IMG/VR virus record: IMGVR_UViG_3300036778_000065
Coordinates: 1-43,559 of that record
Reading direction: 5' to 3' (one strand)
DNA length: 43,559 nt
DNA from: a virus
Taxonomy: Duplodnaviria > Caudoviricetes
Part shown: positions 1 to 8,961 of the stretch, one piece after another
Layout of the letters: every line of letters begins with the position of its first letter
Numbering within the stretch: the stretch's first letter is position 1
Notes under the pieces: generated by a model
What the model was told of the DNA's origin: nothing
Seen by the model: only the letters and a program-made list of their open reading frames with translations
Database searches by the model: none
Made by a program: the position numbers and the translations under genes

Positions 1-50
1 AAGGGATTAGTAGCGACTTATTCAATCACGCCACACTAACTATGTCAAGG

Positions 51-117
51 GAAAAGAAAAGGCACCCTCCCGCTCTCCGCAAAAAGAGCCTTATCCGGTT
101 GGGTGCCTCTCTCTTTC
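51..117 (-). terminator. Candidate terminator / stem-loop ending the leftward operon
   Basis: AGGCACCC (60-67) pairs with GGGTGCCT (101-108), inner GCTCT/AGAGC stem; followed on the minus strand by TTTTCTTTTC. Confidence 0.4.
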
Positions 118-200
118 GGAACGCAGGAATGAGGAACCCGCGCCGTTACTGCATTATAACGCAGCTACCTATGTGGGAACGATTCCCACGCCTCGCTGTT

Positions 201-428
201 TTACCTTCCGCATCCCTTCCGGCACGATGGAGGCCGGGGCCGCTTCGACAGGGCCACCAGCTCCTCGCATAACTCTTGCGCCTCACGGATCGTCAGGGCA
301 TCGTCGGACTCCCAGGTGAAGCTTCCGTCCGGCAGCCGCGCCAGCAGCAGCAGGTGACTCAGGTAGCCCTCTTCCATCGCCTCGATCACCGATGGCTGAC
401 ACACATGCTTGAGTCCGGCAGTCGCCAT
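201..428 (-). CDS. Hypothetical protein
   Basis: 75 aa ORF tightly packed after 430..699 in a leftward operon. Confidence 0.55.
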   Translation of the reverse strand: MATAGLKHVCQPSVIEAMEEGYLSHLLLLARLPDGSFTWESDDALTIREAQELCEELVALSKRPRPPSCRKGCGR

Positions 429-429
429 C

Positions 430-699
430 TCAATTCGCCCGTACCTTGGGTTCGTCGTGCTTGTCCGCGTCGTAGACCTTCACCACCTGCATCACGTTGC
501 CGTTTTGATCGACAGGCAGCGCGATTACACAGCTCACCAGCACTCGCCCAGGCAACGTCTCCACGTTCCCACGGCCACGGACGCCGGTTATCATCCCCGC
601 GTCCTTCAACTCCGCCACAAACCCGAAAATCGACGCTTCTGGCAGGGCCACAACCAACTTATCGCCCATGCTCAACGTGTTCCCAATGCGATCCTTCAT
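430..699 (-). CDS. Hypothetical protein
   Basis: 89 aa ORF, ATGA overlap with 696..935. Confidence 0.7.
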   Translation of the reverse strand: MKDRIGNTLSMGDKLVVALPEASIFGFVAELKDAGMITGVRGRGNVETLPGRVLVSCVIALPVDQNGNVMQVVKVYDADKHDEPKVRAN

Positions 700-935
700 C
701 CCCTGAACCTCCTAATTTTTTCCTCTTCCACTGCTATCATCTTTCGCATATCGGCCCACTTCCATTTTTCACCACGGCCAATGCTCAGATAGGTGAAACA
801 AAATCTTACCCCCATCAAAAACATCATCCTCAAAAGAATGAATGACCTCGCATCTTTGGCAACCATACTCACGTCAGTCCTGAAAAAGTCATCCAGTAGA
901 CCATCAAAAACACCTTCCAAGCCGTCTTTTTCCAA
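696..935 (-). CDS. Hypothetical protein
   Basis: 79 aa ORF with GGAGG upstream, coupled to the next gene. Confidence 0.6.
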   Translation of the reverse strand: MEKDGLEGVFDGLLDDFFRTDVSMVAKDARSFILLRMMFLMGVRFCFTYLSIGRGEKWKWADMRKMIAVEEEKIRRFRG

Positions 936-950
936 AAAACTATACCTCCA

Positions 951-1787
951 TCATGACTTCATGTTTGAATTTTGCGGTAAACCCCGTAATGCCTTCTCCA
1001 ATGGAGACAATTCCCGTTCAGCATACCGCTTCTTGAAGGCATCAGCCGCCACAGGGTCATACACGGTCGGTGTTGGAGCTACCCCCACACATGCTCTCGC
1101 CTGGAGCCGCGCAGTCTCATCCTCCTTGTCCTCGCGCCACTCGCTCCAACTGCGATGCGGCCCCCTTACCCGTTGCCAATGTTCGCGACGTAGCTCACGA
1201 CCGCGCTGCTCTGAAGCGCAGACCTCCGCATCAGGGACAGGCCGTCGTGGTGAGACGCGCTCAGAGAACTTCTCCCGCCGCGCAACAGCGCGGGAAGTAG
1301 TTGTTTGTTTTTCAATCTCTGGTAGTTGCTTTACGGGGGCATTTTTGCGCCCCCCTACGGGCAGCGGACGAGACAGAAAAAAATCGTCATCAAGGTGGGG
1401 TAGAAAGTACACGCTGGTGTGATTGGAAAGACGAGCGTATTTGCGGAAGGTGGTCACGACGACACTGAGACCTTCAAGCATCCGCAGCCGTCGCCGGATC
1501 GTGGTCACGTCTACTCCGGCGCGTTCGGCCAAGTCCGGCACCGAGGGAAAACAGGTGCGCGTCTGGTGATTCATCATCTCCAGCAGATCGAGGTAAGTGG
1601 CTAGAAGTCCTGGCTTACGAATGTACCGCCGCGCCCGGATCGGGAGCATGACGAATCTTCCGCCTAACCCTTTATTCACAGGAATTTGAGGATTGCCATG
1701 CTTGACATGACTTCTTGATGCTGCTACGGTTTCCATAACGTCCTTTCTGGGGACAAAAAACTCCTGCACCATGCGCGACCAACGCAT
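951..1787 (-). CDS. Helix-turn-helix replication-initiator-like protein (HTH_36-type); true start may be at 1736 or 1649
   Basis: CFPSVPDLAERAGVDVTTIRRRLRMLEGLSVV...SNHTSVY is the typical wHTH of phage/plasmid initiators. Confidence 0.65.
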   Translation of the reverse strand: MRWSRMVQEFFVPRKDVMETVAASRSHVKHGNPQIPVNKGLGGRFVMLPIRARRYIRKPGLLATYLDLLEMMNHQTRTCFPSVPDLAERAGVDVTTIRRRLRMLEGLSVVVTTFRKYARLSNHTSVYFLPHLDDDFFLSRPLPVGGRKNAPVKQLPEIEKQTTTSRAVARREKFSERVSPRRPVPDAEVCASEQRGRELRREHWQRVRGPHRSWSEWREDKEDETARLQARACVGVAPTPTVYDPVAADAFKKRYAERELSPLEKALRGLPQNSNMKS

Positions 1788-2172
1788 AGGGGTTGAATGG
1801 CTAATAGGGTTGATTGTGATTCAAGGGGGTTTGGGTGTTCCGACCCGGCCCTCTACCTTTGAAGGTTGAAGCGGTTTGAGAGAGCTTCGCAGGGTTTCGA
1901 CCCACGAAGAGAACTCAGACCGCTTTTACTTTGCGCGCCGTCAATCCGGTCAGGCCGCAATCCGCCGTCGAACGGCGAACGATTCGCAACTAAATTTTGG
2001 GAGAATGAAGACGTGTTGGTTGGGTCAAACTGCATGGTATTCCCTCACAAAGCACCTTGAAGGAGGCGGGGGAGGGTGCTCTCCCCCGGCCATTGCGCCG
2101 GGGATCAGTCCGGCGTTTACCTACAAGTTGAAACGGATCGCTAGGCCGCCGCCCACTCGATCTTGGTTTGAG

Positions 2173-2201
2173 GTTATAGCAAACTATTGAAAATTAAGCC
2201 A
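2173..2201 (-). promoter_or_regulatory. Putative sigma70-type promoter for the rep-like operon
   Basis: Minus strand TGGCTT-17 bp-TATAAC with TG extended -10; near-palindrome TAACGGTTAACTGTTA just upstream (2214-2229). Confidence 0.4.
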
Positions 2202-2241
2202 CTAACCTTCAAGTAACGGTTAACTGTTAAGGTTCTATCAC

Positions 2242-2499
2242 TTAGACCTCGCCAAGATACTCCCAGACGTGGATTCTGGAGTCCGTGTCGTCGGTCAGGG
2301 TGCCGTCAGGGTGCCGCACCGCCAGGAACGTCGTGTTGATGTCGCCAGCGCGGAAGGCGACGTACTTCTCAGCGACCTCGCCCACCCAGACCGTCACCGC
2401 GTAGTCAGACGGATCGCGCCCGATCACGACGACCGTCTTCACCACCAGATCATCCGCCAGCAGCTCCCGCCCCATCTCAGGTGATTTTTGTGCTTCCAT
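2242..2499 (-). CDS. Hypothetical protein
   Basis: 85 aa ORF overlapping the upstream gene, GGAGG RBS. Confidence 0.7.
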   Translation of the reverse strand: MEAQKSPEMGRELLADDLVVKTVVVIGRDPSDYAVTVWVGEVAEKYVAFRAGDINTTFLAVRHPDGTLTDDTDSRIHVWEYLGEV

Positions 2500-2776
2500 C
2501 GTCTTTCCTCCGCCACGGATGCGCCGTGAGCGTCTGTACCATCTGCGCGAAGGCCATCCGCGAGTGTTCTGGGATGGCCATAAGCGAACTCAGTTGTAAA
2601 GTCATGTTGCCGTCAAACATCAGCACCGAAGCGCAGTAGCAGCACACCGTAAAATCCGTTGGCTCCGGCTTGTGATCCTCTTCCATCGCCGTCGCCGCGT
2701 CCAATCTGGTGAAGCACACCGGACAGAACGAGTCCGACAAACGGTACGTCTGCGGATCATGCTTCCACTTCGTCAT
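2477..2776 (-). CDS. Cys-rich (CxxC...CxxC) zinc-binding hypothetical protein
   Basis: CPVC and CCYC motifs; GAGG RBS. Confidence 0.7.
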   Translation of the reverse strand: MTKWKHDPQTYRLSDSFCPVCFTRLDAATAMEEDHKPEPTDFTVCCYCASVLMFDGNMTLQLSSLMAIPEHSRMAFAQMVQTLTAHPWRRKDDGSTKIT

Positions 2777-3053
2777 CCTCTTCTGGCTCCATCTCCGCCT
2801 TCGTCGCGAAGACGATGGCGTTACCCACTATTGGATCACGCCGACCGTGTTGATAGATGCGCGTGGCCGGGATGTTCAACTCCAGCCCTTCGAGCTTGCC
2901 CATTTCGTTGATGACCATGAACTCGCCGTCCACGGTGCGAACAATTTCGATGTAGCCGCCCACGATGGCCTGTAACTCCGCCAGCGTGAAGTAGCCGCCG
3001 TGGGGAGGGTGAATCTCCTTAGTGCGCCCAGATGTTTCATATAAAACAGCCAC
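2757..3053 (-). CDS. DUF3846-family protein
   Basis: TLAELQAIVGGYIEIV...NEMGKLEGLELN..AT...DPIVGNAIV signature; GGAGG RBS. Confidence 0.8.
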   Translation of the reverse strand: MAVLYETSGRTKEIHPPHGGYFTLAELQAIVGGYIEIVRTVDGEFMVINEMGKLEGLELNIPATRIYQHGRRDPIVGNAIVFATKAEMEPEEDDEVEA

Positions 3054-3263
3054 CTACTACCTCCATTTTCTATTCGTTCTAACGTCCCTGATAGTTGCGG
3101 GGGCCGCTTCTAAGACGCTCTCCCAACACTATGACCGTCTTTCCACAGTCACAGATGCAACTCCAAGTCATCCCCGCTTTGGGGATCAATTTATGAGATT
3201 TAAGGGCAACAAGAGACGCGAACCGTTGTCCCGTAATATCTATAACTCGACCGCCCATCAGTG

Positions 3264-3473
3264 CTACTCGCCTCCATCTGTGGACGTGGGAGCCACGTTC
3301 GTCAGGTCGATCACCAGTTCCGTGATGCGGGATGCGCTCTCAAAGCCGGAACCCTTGAGATGGCCGAGGAGAAAGAATAGCTCCGAGCGGGGGTCGGTGC
3401 CCTTCGGGAGCAGCGCGGCGGAGGGTTTGGGTTGCGTGGTTGTGGTTGTAGGTGTTTTGGCCAATGGGGTCAC
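3264..3473 (-). CDS. Hypothetical protein
   Basis: 69 aa, GTGA overlap with 3470..3709. Confidence 0.55.
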   Translation of the reverse strand: MTPLAKTPTTTTTQPKPSAALLPKGTDPRSELFFLLGHLKGSGFESASRITELVIDLTNVAPTSTDGGE

Positions 3474-3709
3474 TCACTTTCAGGGTTGAATTTGCGTTTT
3501 TCCTTGGTGATGCGCTTCTTGGCCTCAGCGACCAGGATGCGAACCGCCCAGAAGTTGATGGACATTCCCTCAAGTTCCGCAGCTTCGCGGATAAGCTTGT
3601 TCTGTGAAACATCAGGTCGGAGAGTTTGATTGACGTAGCCGGATCGCTTCTTACTTCTCCTGTCAGGCCGCGCCCCGCCAGCCCTTCGTTTTGGTGTTTT
3701 TGCAGTCAT
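3470..3709 (-). CDS. DUF1778-like ribbon-helix-helix regulator
   Basis: QNKLIREAAELEGMSINFWAVRILVAEAKK pattern. Confidence 0.65.
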   Translation of the reverse strand: MTAKTPKRRAGGARPDRRSKKRSGYVNQTLRPDVSQNKLIREAAELEGMSINFWAVRILVAEAKKRITKEKRKFNPESE

Positions 3710-3735
3710 AATGATGGTAGTATATCTATGAAGTC

Positions 3736-4167
3736 ATGAATAAGTCTACTCAGGTCGAGCGGGAGGTAACTTTCACGGTTCCCTATCTCACTCCGCCATC
3801 TGGAAACCACTACAAAAAGCCGACGAAGTACATAGGCCGCGATGGTTCGCTCCACCTGGGGTTCAAACTCACCAAAGAGACCAAAGCCTACTACGAAGCC
3901 ACGGCCATCTTCGCCAGAGGAGCCACGGTTGCGCCGGACACCGACGCCGAACGCCGCAAGGTGCGGTATGAGGTTCGGATCGACGTGTACCTTGGCCCGA
4001 AGATGCGCGGAGACGAAGACAATTTTCTGAAGGCAGGTGTGGATGCTCTTGTCCGCGCCGGAGTCATCCACAGCGACCACTGTAGCCACAACATCATCAA
4101 CGTCCACCGCGACGACCGCGACAACCCCCGAACCGAATATCGAGTAGAACGACTGGAGCCACAATGA
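3736..4167 (+). CDS. rusA: RusA-family Holliday junction resolvase
   Basis: PPSGNHY N-terminus, GDEDNFLKAGVDAL catalytic motif, GVIHSD, C-terminal NPRTEYRV. Confidence 0.8.
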   Translation: MNKSTQVEREVTFTVPYLTPPSGNHYKKPTKYIGRDGSLHLGFKLTKETKAYYEATAIFARGATVAPDTDAERRKVRYEVRIDVYLGPKMRGDEDNFLKAGVDALVRAGVIHSDHCSHNIINVHRDDRDNPRTEYRVERLEPQ

Positions 4168-4814
4168 GGAAAGACGCATTCAGCGGAGTACAAATGCGTT
4201 GTGTAGTCTGCACGAAATTCATTCCCCCCGGCAGAAAATGGGATAGCGTGACGTGTTCGAAGGAATGCACCAAGGCCCGTCGCGACTTTGGACGCTCCCG
4301 GTTGGACATGACCACTTGCCGGTACTGCCAAAGGCCAGCGACACCGGATGAGCAGGTGCGCTATAAACGCTGGAGGAAGTGGGAAGCCAAGTATGGCGAG
4401 GACTCATTGGAAGGTGGACGCATGACCAGCGAAGAGAAGATCGCCAGAGCCTACAAACTCGCCGCCCAGGAGATGCGCGACAACCCGAAGCACTGGATAT
4501 ACCTCTCGTTCGCCAAGCCCGACACCGGGTTCGCCGGATGCGTCTACGTCGAGGCCCACGGACTCATCACCGCCGTCATCCGCGCCAACGAACTCGGTAT
4601 CAACCCCCACGGCCAAATCGTGGGTGTGGACGTGCCGGACGAGCACCTTATCCCGGAGGAGTACCGCAACCGTCTCCTCACGAAAGAGGAGCATGATAAA
4701 TCCGGCATCACGCTCCACTCACTTGCCGACTTGGACGCAGAGGCCGAGGCCAAGGCTAAAGATTCGGTGGGGATGGTTCCCAATGACGAGAAACCGCAGT
4801 CTACGGAGAGTTAG
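4164..4814 (+). CDS. Hypothetical protein with N-terminal Cys-rich zinc finger (possible internal start at 4422)
   Basis: CVVC..TCSKEC..CRYC; ATGA overlap with rusA; GGAAGGTGG precedes in-frame ATG 4422. Confidence 0.7.
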   Translation: MRKDAFSGVQMRCVVCTKFIPPGRKWDSVTCSKECTKARRDFGRSRLDMTTCRYCQRPATPDEQVRYKRWRKWEAKYGEDSLEGGRMTSEEKIARAYKLAAQEMRDNPKHWIYLSFAKPDTGFAGCVYVEAHGLITAVIRANELGINPHGQIVGVDVPDEHLIPEEYRNRLLTKEEHDKSGITLHSLADLDAEAEAKAKDSVGMVPNDEKPQSTES

Positions 4815-4816
4815 TC

Positions 4817-5155
4817 ATGATCGCAGGAATGATAAACAGTGATGAGCTACAGCAGTCCATTCTCTTCGTCGTGATCGAGCGCGACAACCTTGAGCGGATG
4901 AAGCAAGGCGACCCCGCAACCCTCGAATCCATTATGAAGGGTGGAGTGCTTCTCCCGCCCAGGTGGTACATGAATTTCAGCGTCCTGATTGCCTACGAGG
5001 AAGACGACGCCGAACTCTACCGACACGCCAGAGACGGCAATGGGTTGGAGCTATTGCAATGGCTGGAGCGAGGCCGCAAGTTCGTCAAGGGTCTCGACGG
5101 TGCGGAGAATACATTCAGCATCCGCAAGGAGCCATCCGATGCCAAGCGAAATTGA
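4817..5155 (+). CDS. Hypothetical protein
   Basis: 112 aa, GGAG RBS, operon packing. Confidence 0.7.
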   Translation: MIAGMINSDELQQSILFVVIERDNLERMKQGDPATLESIMKGGVLLPPRWYMNFSVLIAYEEDDAELYRHARDGNGLELLQWLERGRKFVKGLDGAENTFSIRKEPSDAKRN

Positions 5156-5459
5156 TGCCGTCAGAAAAGCCTTCAGCGAAAACCCCAAACTCCACGACAG
5201 GCTCCGCATGATGTTCAACAGAGGGAAGCTTGGAACGGAAGCCGACATCCCGCCCGATGAGGAACTGGTAGTCGTCGCCGCGATGGATCACGGCGGAATC
5301 TTCGGAGCCAAGCAAGTCTCTTGTTCCGAATGCCCTGCCAAGGTGTGGATTGCGCCCTCAACTCAGGAGATGTTGAGCCGACGCGGGGACGCGCCAACCA
5401 AGATCGTTTGTACCCTGTGTGTGCTGAAGTCGATGAAAGAGATGCGTGAAAAAACGTGA
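5139..5459 (+). CDS. Hypothetical protein with CxxC pairs
   Basis: AAGGAG RBS before ATG 5139; CSEC and CTLC. Confidence 0.65.
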   Translation: MPSEIDAVRKAFSENPKLHDRLRMMFNRGKLGTEADIPPDEELVVVAAMDHGGIFGAKQVSCSECPAKVWIAPSTQEMLSRRGDAPTKIVCTLCVLKSMKEMREKT

Positions 5460-5694
5460 TCGTACTACCGAAGAGAAGCAATTTGATGCTACTCTTCGCG
5501 CAAGCATCCAGAAGCTAGGCCAACCCGCCGAGCCGGATGACCCCAACCCCTTCCGTCACACCCTTGTCTGGGATCGACTGGGACGGAAAGGCCAAGCTTG
5601 CCGAATCCTTCGGCAGCGCGGAACACTCGCCCAAATCGAGTTTGAGGATGGATACACCACTTCGATAAATCGAATGGCTATCCGGCGCACGTAA
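5446..5694 (+). CDS. Hypothetical protein
   Basis: 82 aa; RKGQACRIL...IEFEDG pattern seen in phage small proteins. Confidence 0.6.
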   Translation: MKKRDRTTEEKQFDATLRASIQKLGQPAEPDDPNPFRHTLVWDRLGRKGQACRILRQRGTLAQIEFEDGYTTSINRMAIRRT

Positions 5695-5727
5695 CCGCCG
5701 TTCAACCGCGATAAGGAGAACTCCCCC

Positions 5728-6303
5728 ATGCAAGGTGAATTTATTAAAGGGTTTTTGATTAAGGCAGGTGATGGCCTCGACAATTCGCTTCCGGGCCGGG
5801 AGCATCCTGTCGATCCAGGCTATGGCGTCCCCGAACTCGGAGGCCCCGTAGACCCCGGTTATGGCGTTCCATTGCCCCCGGTCGTCACGCATCCCATCCA
5901 GCCGACGCCGGGACACCCCATCGTCATCCCGCCAACCTACCCAACCAACGAACTGCCAGGGCATCCCGATAACTCGCTACCCGTTGGCCCCAGTCATCTT
6001 CCGTACCCTCCAATCACCACTTGGCCCCCACCCCAACCCGTCTTCCCCGGTCTGCCCATCTATCCCGACAATGCCCTGCCCATTCCCCCCGGCGCAGTAT
6101 GGCCACCCGTACCGGGCATCAAGGGCAAGGTGCTGTGCTTTGTCTGGATCGTTGGCGTTGGCTACCGCTGGACTGTGATCGACCCGTCGCTCCACGTCGA
6201 TATCGGCTTGCCGGGAGACCAGCCGGGTATCGACAACACGTTGCCGGGTTCGCGTAACCGTCCGAGTAACGAACTTCCACAGACCCCTCAACCGAAACGG
6301 TAA
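5728..6303 (+). CDS. Proline-rich repeat protein
   Basis: TAAGGAG RBS; PVDPGYGVP x2 and six (D/T/S)N(S/E/A/T)LP repeats. Confidence 0.75.
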   Translation: MQGEFIKGFLIKAGDGLDNSLPGREHPVDPGYGVPELGGPVDPGYGVPLPPVVTHPIQPTPGHPIVIPPTYPTNELPGHPDNSLPVGPSHLPYPPITTWPPPQPVFPGLPIYPDNALPIPPGAVWPPVPGIKGKVLCFVWIVGVGYRWTVIDPSLHVDIGLPGDQPGIDNTLPGSRNRPSNELPQTPQPKR

Positions 6304-6309
6304 AAGGCC

Positions 6310-6564
6310 ATGAGTTGGGGAGTCTTTGAAGAAAGAGACGACGTGGGACGCTTCAGGGCGTACCACGTCGTCCCCGTTGTCCAAGCGAACGGCGATATTC
6401 TGCCTTCCGCTGCACACACCCTTTCCGCCAACTGCGACTGCAAGCCCCTGCATGAACGCAGCAGATACGACATCGACCTCTACAACCATCACGATCCTGA
6501 TGCCGATGGAGCGATGGCAGAGGACGACTGGGAGAAGAAGAAGACCCAGGGAATCGCCCAATGA
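6310..6564 (+). CDS. His/Cys-rich hypothetical protein
   Basis: HVVP...HTLSANCDCKP...HHD pattern. Confidence 0.65.
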   Translation: MSWGVFEERDDVGRFRAYHVVPVVQANGDILPSAAHTLSANCDCKPLHERSRYDIDLYNHHDPDADGAMAEDDWEKKKTQGIAQ

Positions 6565-6854
6565 TCGCCACAACCAGCTTCGCCTTCGACCGGCAAGACC
6601 TCATCATCGACGGGGTTCGCGTCCCTTTCGACACCATTCCGCAACTGCTTTACGAACTCACCCATCCCGATCCGCGCCGATGGTACAGGTTGGAGCGCAT
6701 CGAGAACATGATCGTCGTCCACGTCCGCATGACCGAAGTACCGGAGGAGACACATGGCAACCCAATCGCCAGTATCGGCAGCAGCACAAAAGATTCTGGG
6801 AGCGGAGGGAAAGAAACTCCACACCCACGGAATGCACATCCGCAGGACGGCTAA
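6561..6854 (+). CDS. Hypothetical protein
   Basis: ATGA coupling to upstream gene; overlaps next gene by ~100 bp. Confidence 0.55.
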   Translation: MIATTSFAFDRQDLIIDGVRVPFDTIPQLLYELTHPDPRRWYRLERIENMIVVHVRMTEVPEETHGNPIASIGSSTKDSGSGGKETPHPRNAHPQDG

Positions 6855-7038
6855 CGGATTCATCGCGAAGCACGAGCTTGCCGACAAACACGGACGGCCC
6901 CCGACCGATGGCCAGCGCAGCGAGAAGGAGTACAACATCGCGTCACCGGAGGAGCTGGCCCAACACGTTCAGGGAGCCATGCAGCCCATTCCCCAGGACG
7001 ACGAGCAAGAGCAGCAGCCGGGACAATCGGTGCAGTAA
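6754..7038 (+). CDS. Hypothetical protein immediately upstream of terL (position of a small terminase, no motif support)
   Basis: GGAGGAG RBS; TAATG coupling to terL. Confidence 0.65.
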   Translation: MATQSPVSAAAQKILGAEGKKLHTHGMHIRRTANGFIAKHELADKHGRPPTDGQRSEKEYNIASPEELAQHVQGAMQPIPQDDEQEQQPGQSVQ

Positions 7039-8780
7039 TGCATTTCAACTGGAGAAAGCTACGCGACCCCTCGCAAGAGAACTTCGATAACAAGCGATGG
7101 CGTTCGGAGTTGACCGTGTTGGTGCAGGAAGACGAGCAGGTACGCGAAGACGGACGCCGCGTGTGCCAGCACAATTTACTCGCGCTGTGTTGGGTGTTGG
7201 GCCAGTGTCTTGTGGATGAACACATTCATCATGACGCCATAACCTACTTCCTCGAAAAAAATCCAGAGCTTGAGTTGAACGAGTGGATCAACCTGCATCT
7301 CCACACCCGGCGCGGTTCCCTGCTTCTCCCGCGTGGCGTCTACAAGAGCACCATCTGTCTCGCCAACTGTGTGCAGCTTATCGTGTGTTGGCCGCTGACC
7401 ATCGCGATCATGATTATGTGTGGACGGCGAGACCTCGCCTGGGACTTCGTGGGGCAGGTGGGAAGCTACTTCTACAAGAAGGCGAACCGACCGCCTTCGC
7501 TCTTTCAAGCCCTGTGGCCGGAGCTGTGCGTGACCAAAGAACCGGACAGCGGAGAATTTACGGCCGCAGTTCGGCAGACCGAGCCGGAGATCATCGAACC
7601 CGCGATATGGGGAGAGTCCGTTGAGTCAGGCGTGAGCGGCTACCACCCGAACGTGCTGGTGGTGGATGACGTGTCGAACAACCGGAACTCGCAGACCTTC
7701 ACCGCCCGTAGCCAGATCACCAAAAAGTACAAACTCAATCGCAAGGTGTTGAAGCCGGTTGGCGTCGAGTTGAAGGTGGGAACCATCTACGGCAGTGGCG
7801 ACATCTTCACCGATGAGGTTCTGACCTCGCGCCCAGGCACCGTTCGCCGCGTCATCAAGCCAGCCATGACCCTGAAGAGTGGCGAACGCCTTGACCCCAA
7901 CGGCTTCCCCGAAGAAGACGAAGTGACGTTGCACTTCCCCACTATCCTCAGCTACGACTATCTCCGCAGCGAGTACGAGAGCGGATTCGACTCGTTCATG
8001 ACCCAGTACCAGCTTGACGAGTACGGAGCCGCCGAGGTTGTGTTCGCCCAGGAGCAGATGCTTGCCGCCATGATCGAGGAGAACGCGCTACCGCTTGAAG
8101 GCAAGACGTTCATCCACTGGAGGCTTCCATGCCGGAACAAGGAATGGAGGACGGCGACCGCCGCCGTGGGGATGCTCCACCGCAACCGCTGCTACATCGC
8201 GGAAGTGATCGACGGCCACTACAAGCCGAGCGTGTTGGCCCGTAACGTCGTCACCCTTGCGCGGAAGCACTCGCTCCACCGTATCTCCATCGAAGACTCG
8301 CCGGGAGCGCGGCTGATGCAGCCAGCGATCCAAAACTACGCGCTGACCACCGGATGGGATATCGGGATCGACTGGAAGGACTTCGAGGAAGACACCGGAG
8401 AGCGCGACCTCCGCATCCGCAACATCGAGTCCGTACTCGCGACCGGACGACTGCTTTTCAACGCCGGGATGAAACAGCTTCGTGCGCTGATGCTCCAGAC
8501 CACACAGTACGGGATGATTCCAGAGAGCGGTATCCCCGACTGCATTGCGCGAGTGGCTGACAACCTTCCGCAGTCCATCGCCGCCGATGACCTTGAAGAC
8601 GAGGCAGCAGCGTGGAGAGCCGCCGCCGAGACGGATCACTACAACATGGTTTACAACCGTGGCCCGTATGCGCGACCGGAGGCGGAGCCGGAAGAGTCTG
8701 TGATCGAGGAGCCGGAGCCGGGGACGGAACCCTTCAACGATCTGGGTCTCGAAAACATCCTTGGAGGTTTGAACGGGTGA
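7038..8780 (+). CDS. terL: Terminase large subunit
   Basis: Walker A-like LLLPRGVYKST, Walker B VLVVDD, motif III VGT, position before portal. Confidence 0.85.
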   Translation: MHFNWRKLRDPSQENFDNKRWRSELTVLVQEDEQVREDGRRVCQHNLLALCWVLGQCLVDEHIHHDAITYFLEKNPELELNEWINLHLHTRRGSLLLPRGVYKSTICLANCVQLIVCWPLTIAIMIMCGRRDLAWDFVGQVGSYFYKKANRPPSLFQALWPELCVTKEPDSGEFTAAVRQTEPEIIEPAIWGESVESGVSGYHPNVLVVDDVSNNRNSQTFTARSQITKKYKLNRKVLKPVGVELKVGTIYGSGDIFTDEVLTSRPGTVRRVIKPAMTLKSGERLDPNGFPEEDEVTLHFPTILSYDYLRSEYESGFDSFMTQYQLDEYGAAEVVFAQEQMLAAMIEENALPLEGKTFIHWRLPCRNKEWRTATAAVGMLHRNRCYIAEVIDGHYKPSVLARNVVTLARKHSLHRISIEDSPGARLMQPAIQNYALTTGWDIGIDWKDFEEDTGERDLRIRNIESVLATGRLLFNAGMKQLRALMLQTTQYGMIPESGIPDCIARVADNLPQSIAADDLEDEAAAWRAAAETDHYNMVYNRGPYARPEAEPEESVIEEPEPGTEPFNDLGLENILGGLNG

Positions 8781-8783
8781 GGC

Positions 8784-8842
8784 GTAACTAAAGCGAAAGT
8801 CACAAGTTACCGTTTGTCTTAAATCCGACTCCGGGGTACTAT
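8784..8842 (+). promoter_or_regulatory. Putative promoter for the structural operon with upstream inverted repeat
   Basis: TTGTCT(8814)-17 bp-TACTAT(8837); GTAACT...AGTTAC inverted repeat at 8784-8810. Confidence 0.5.
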
Positions 8843-8961
8843 TCAGGCTCATTACTTCGTCTGAGAACAACGCCCTAGTATCTAAAGCGTTCAGCGAACA
8901 GCGGAAGTGGCCAGCACGACCGACCCGAACCCCCTCAACCAAATGAGTATCCGGGTATCTC

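Noticed and set aside
1787-1836. G-quadruplex from four G tracts
   Set aside because: Loops are long (up to ~14 nt) and nothing else supports it
1861-1990. tRNA gene suggested by GGTTTCGACCC
   Set aside because: Folds as one long hairpin, not a cloverleaf; no D or anticodon arms
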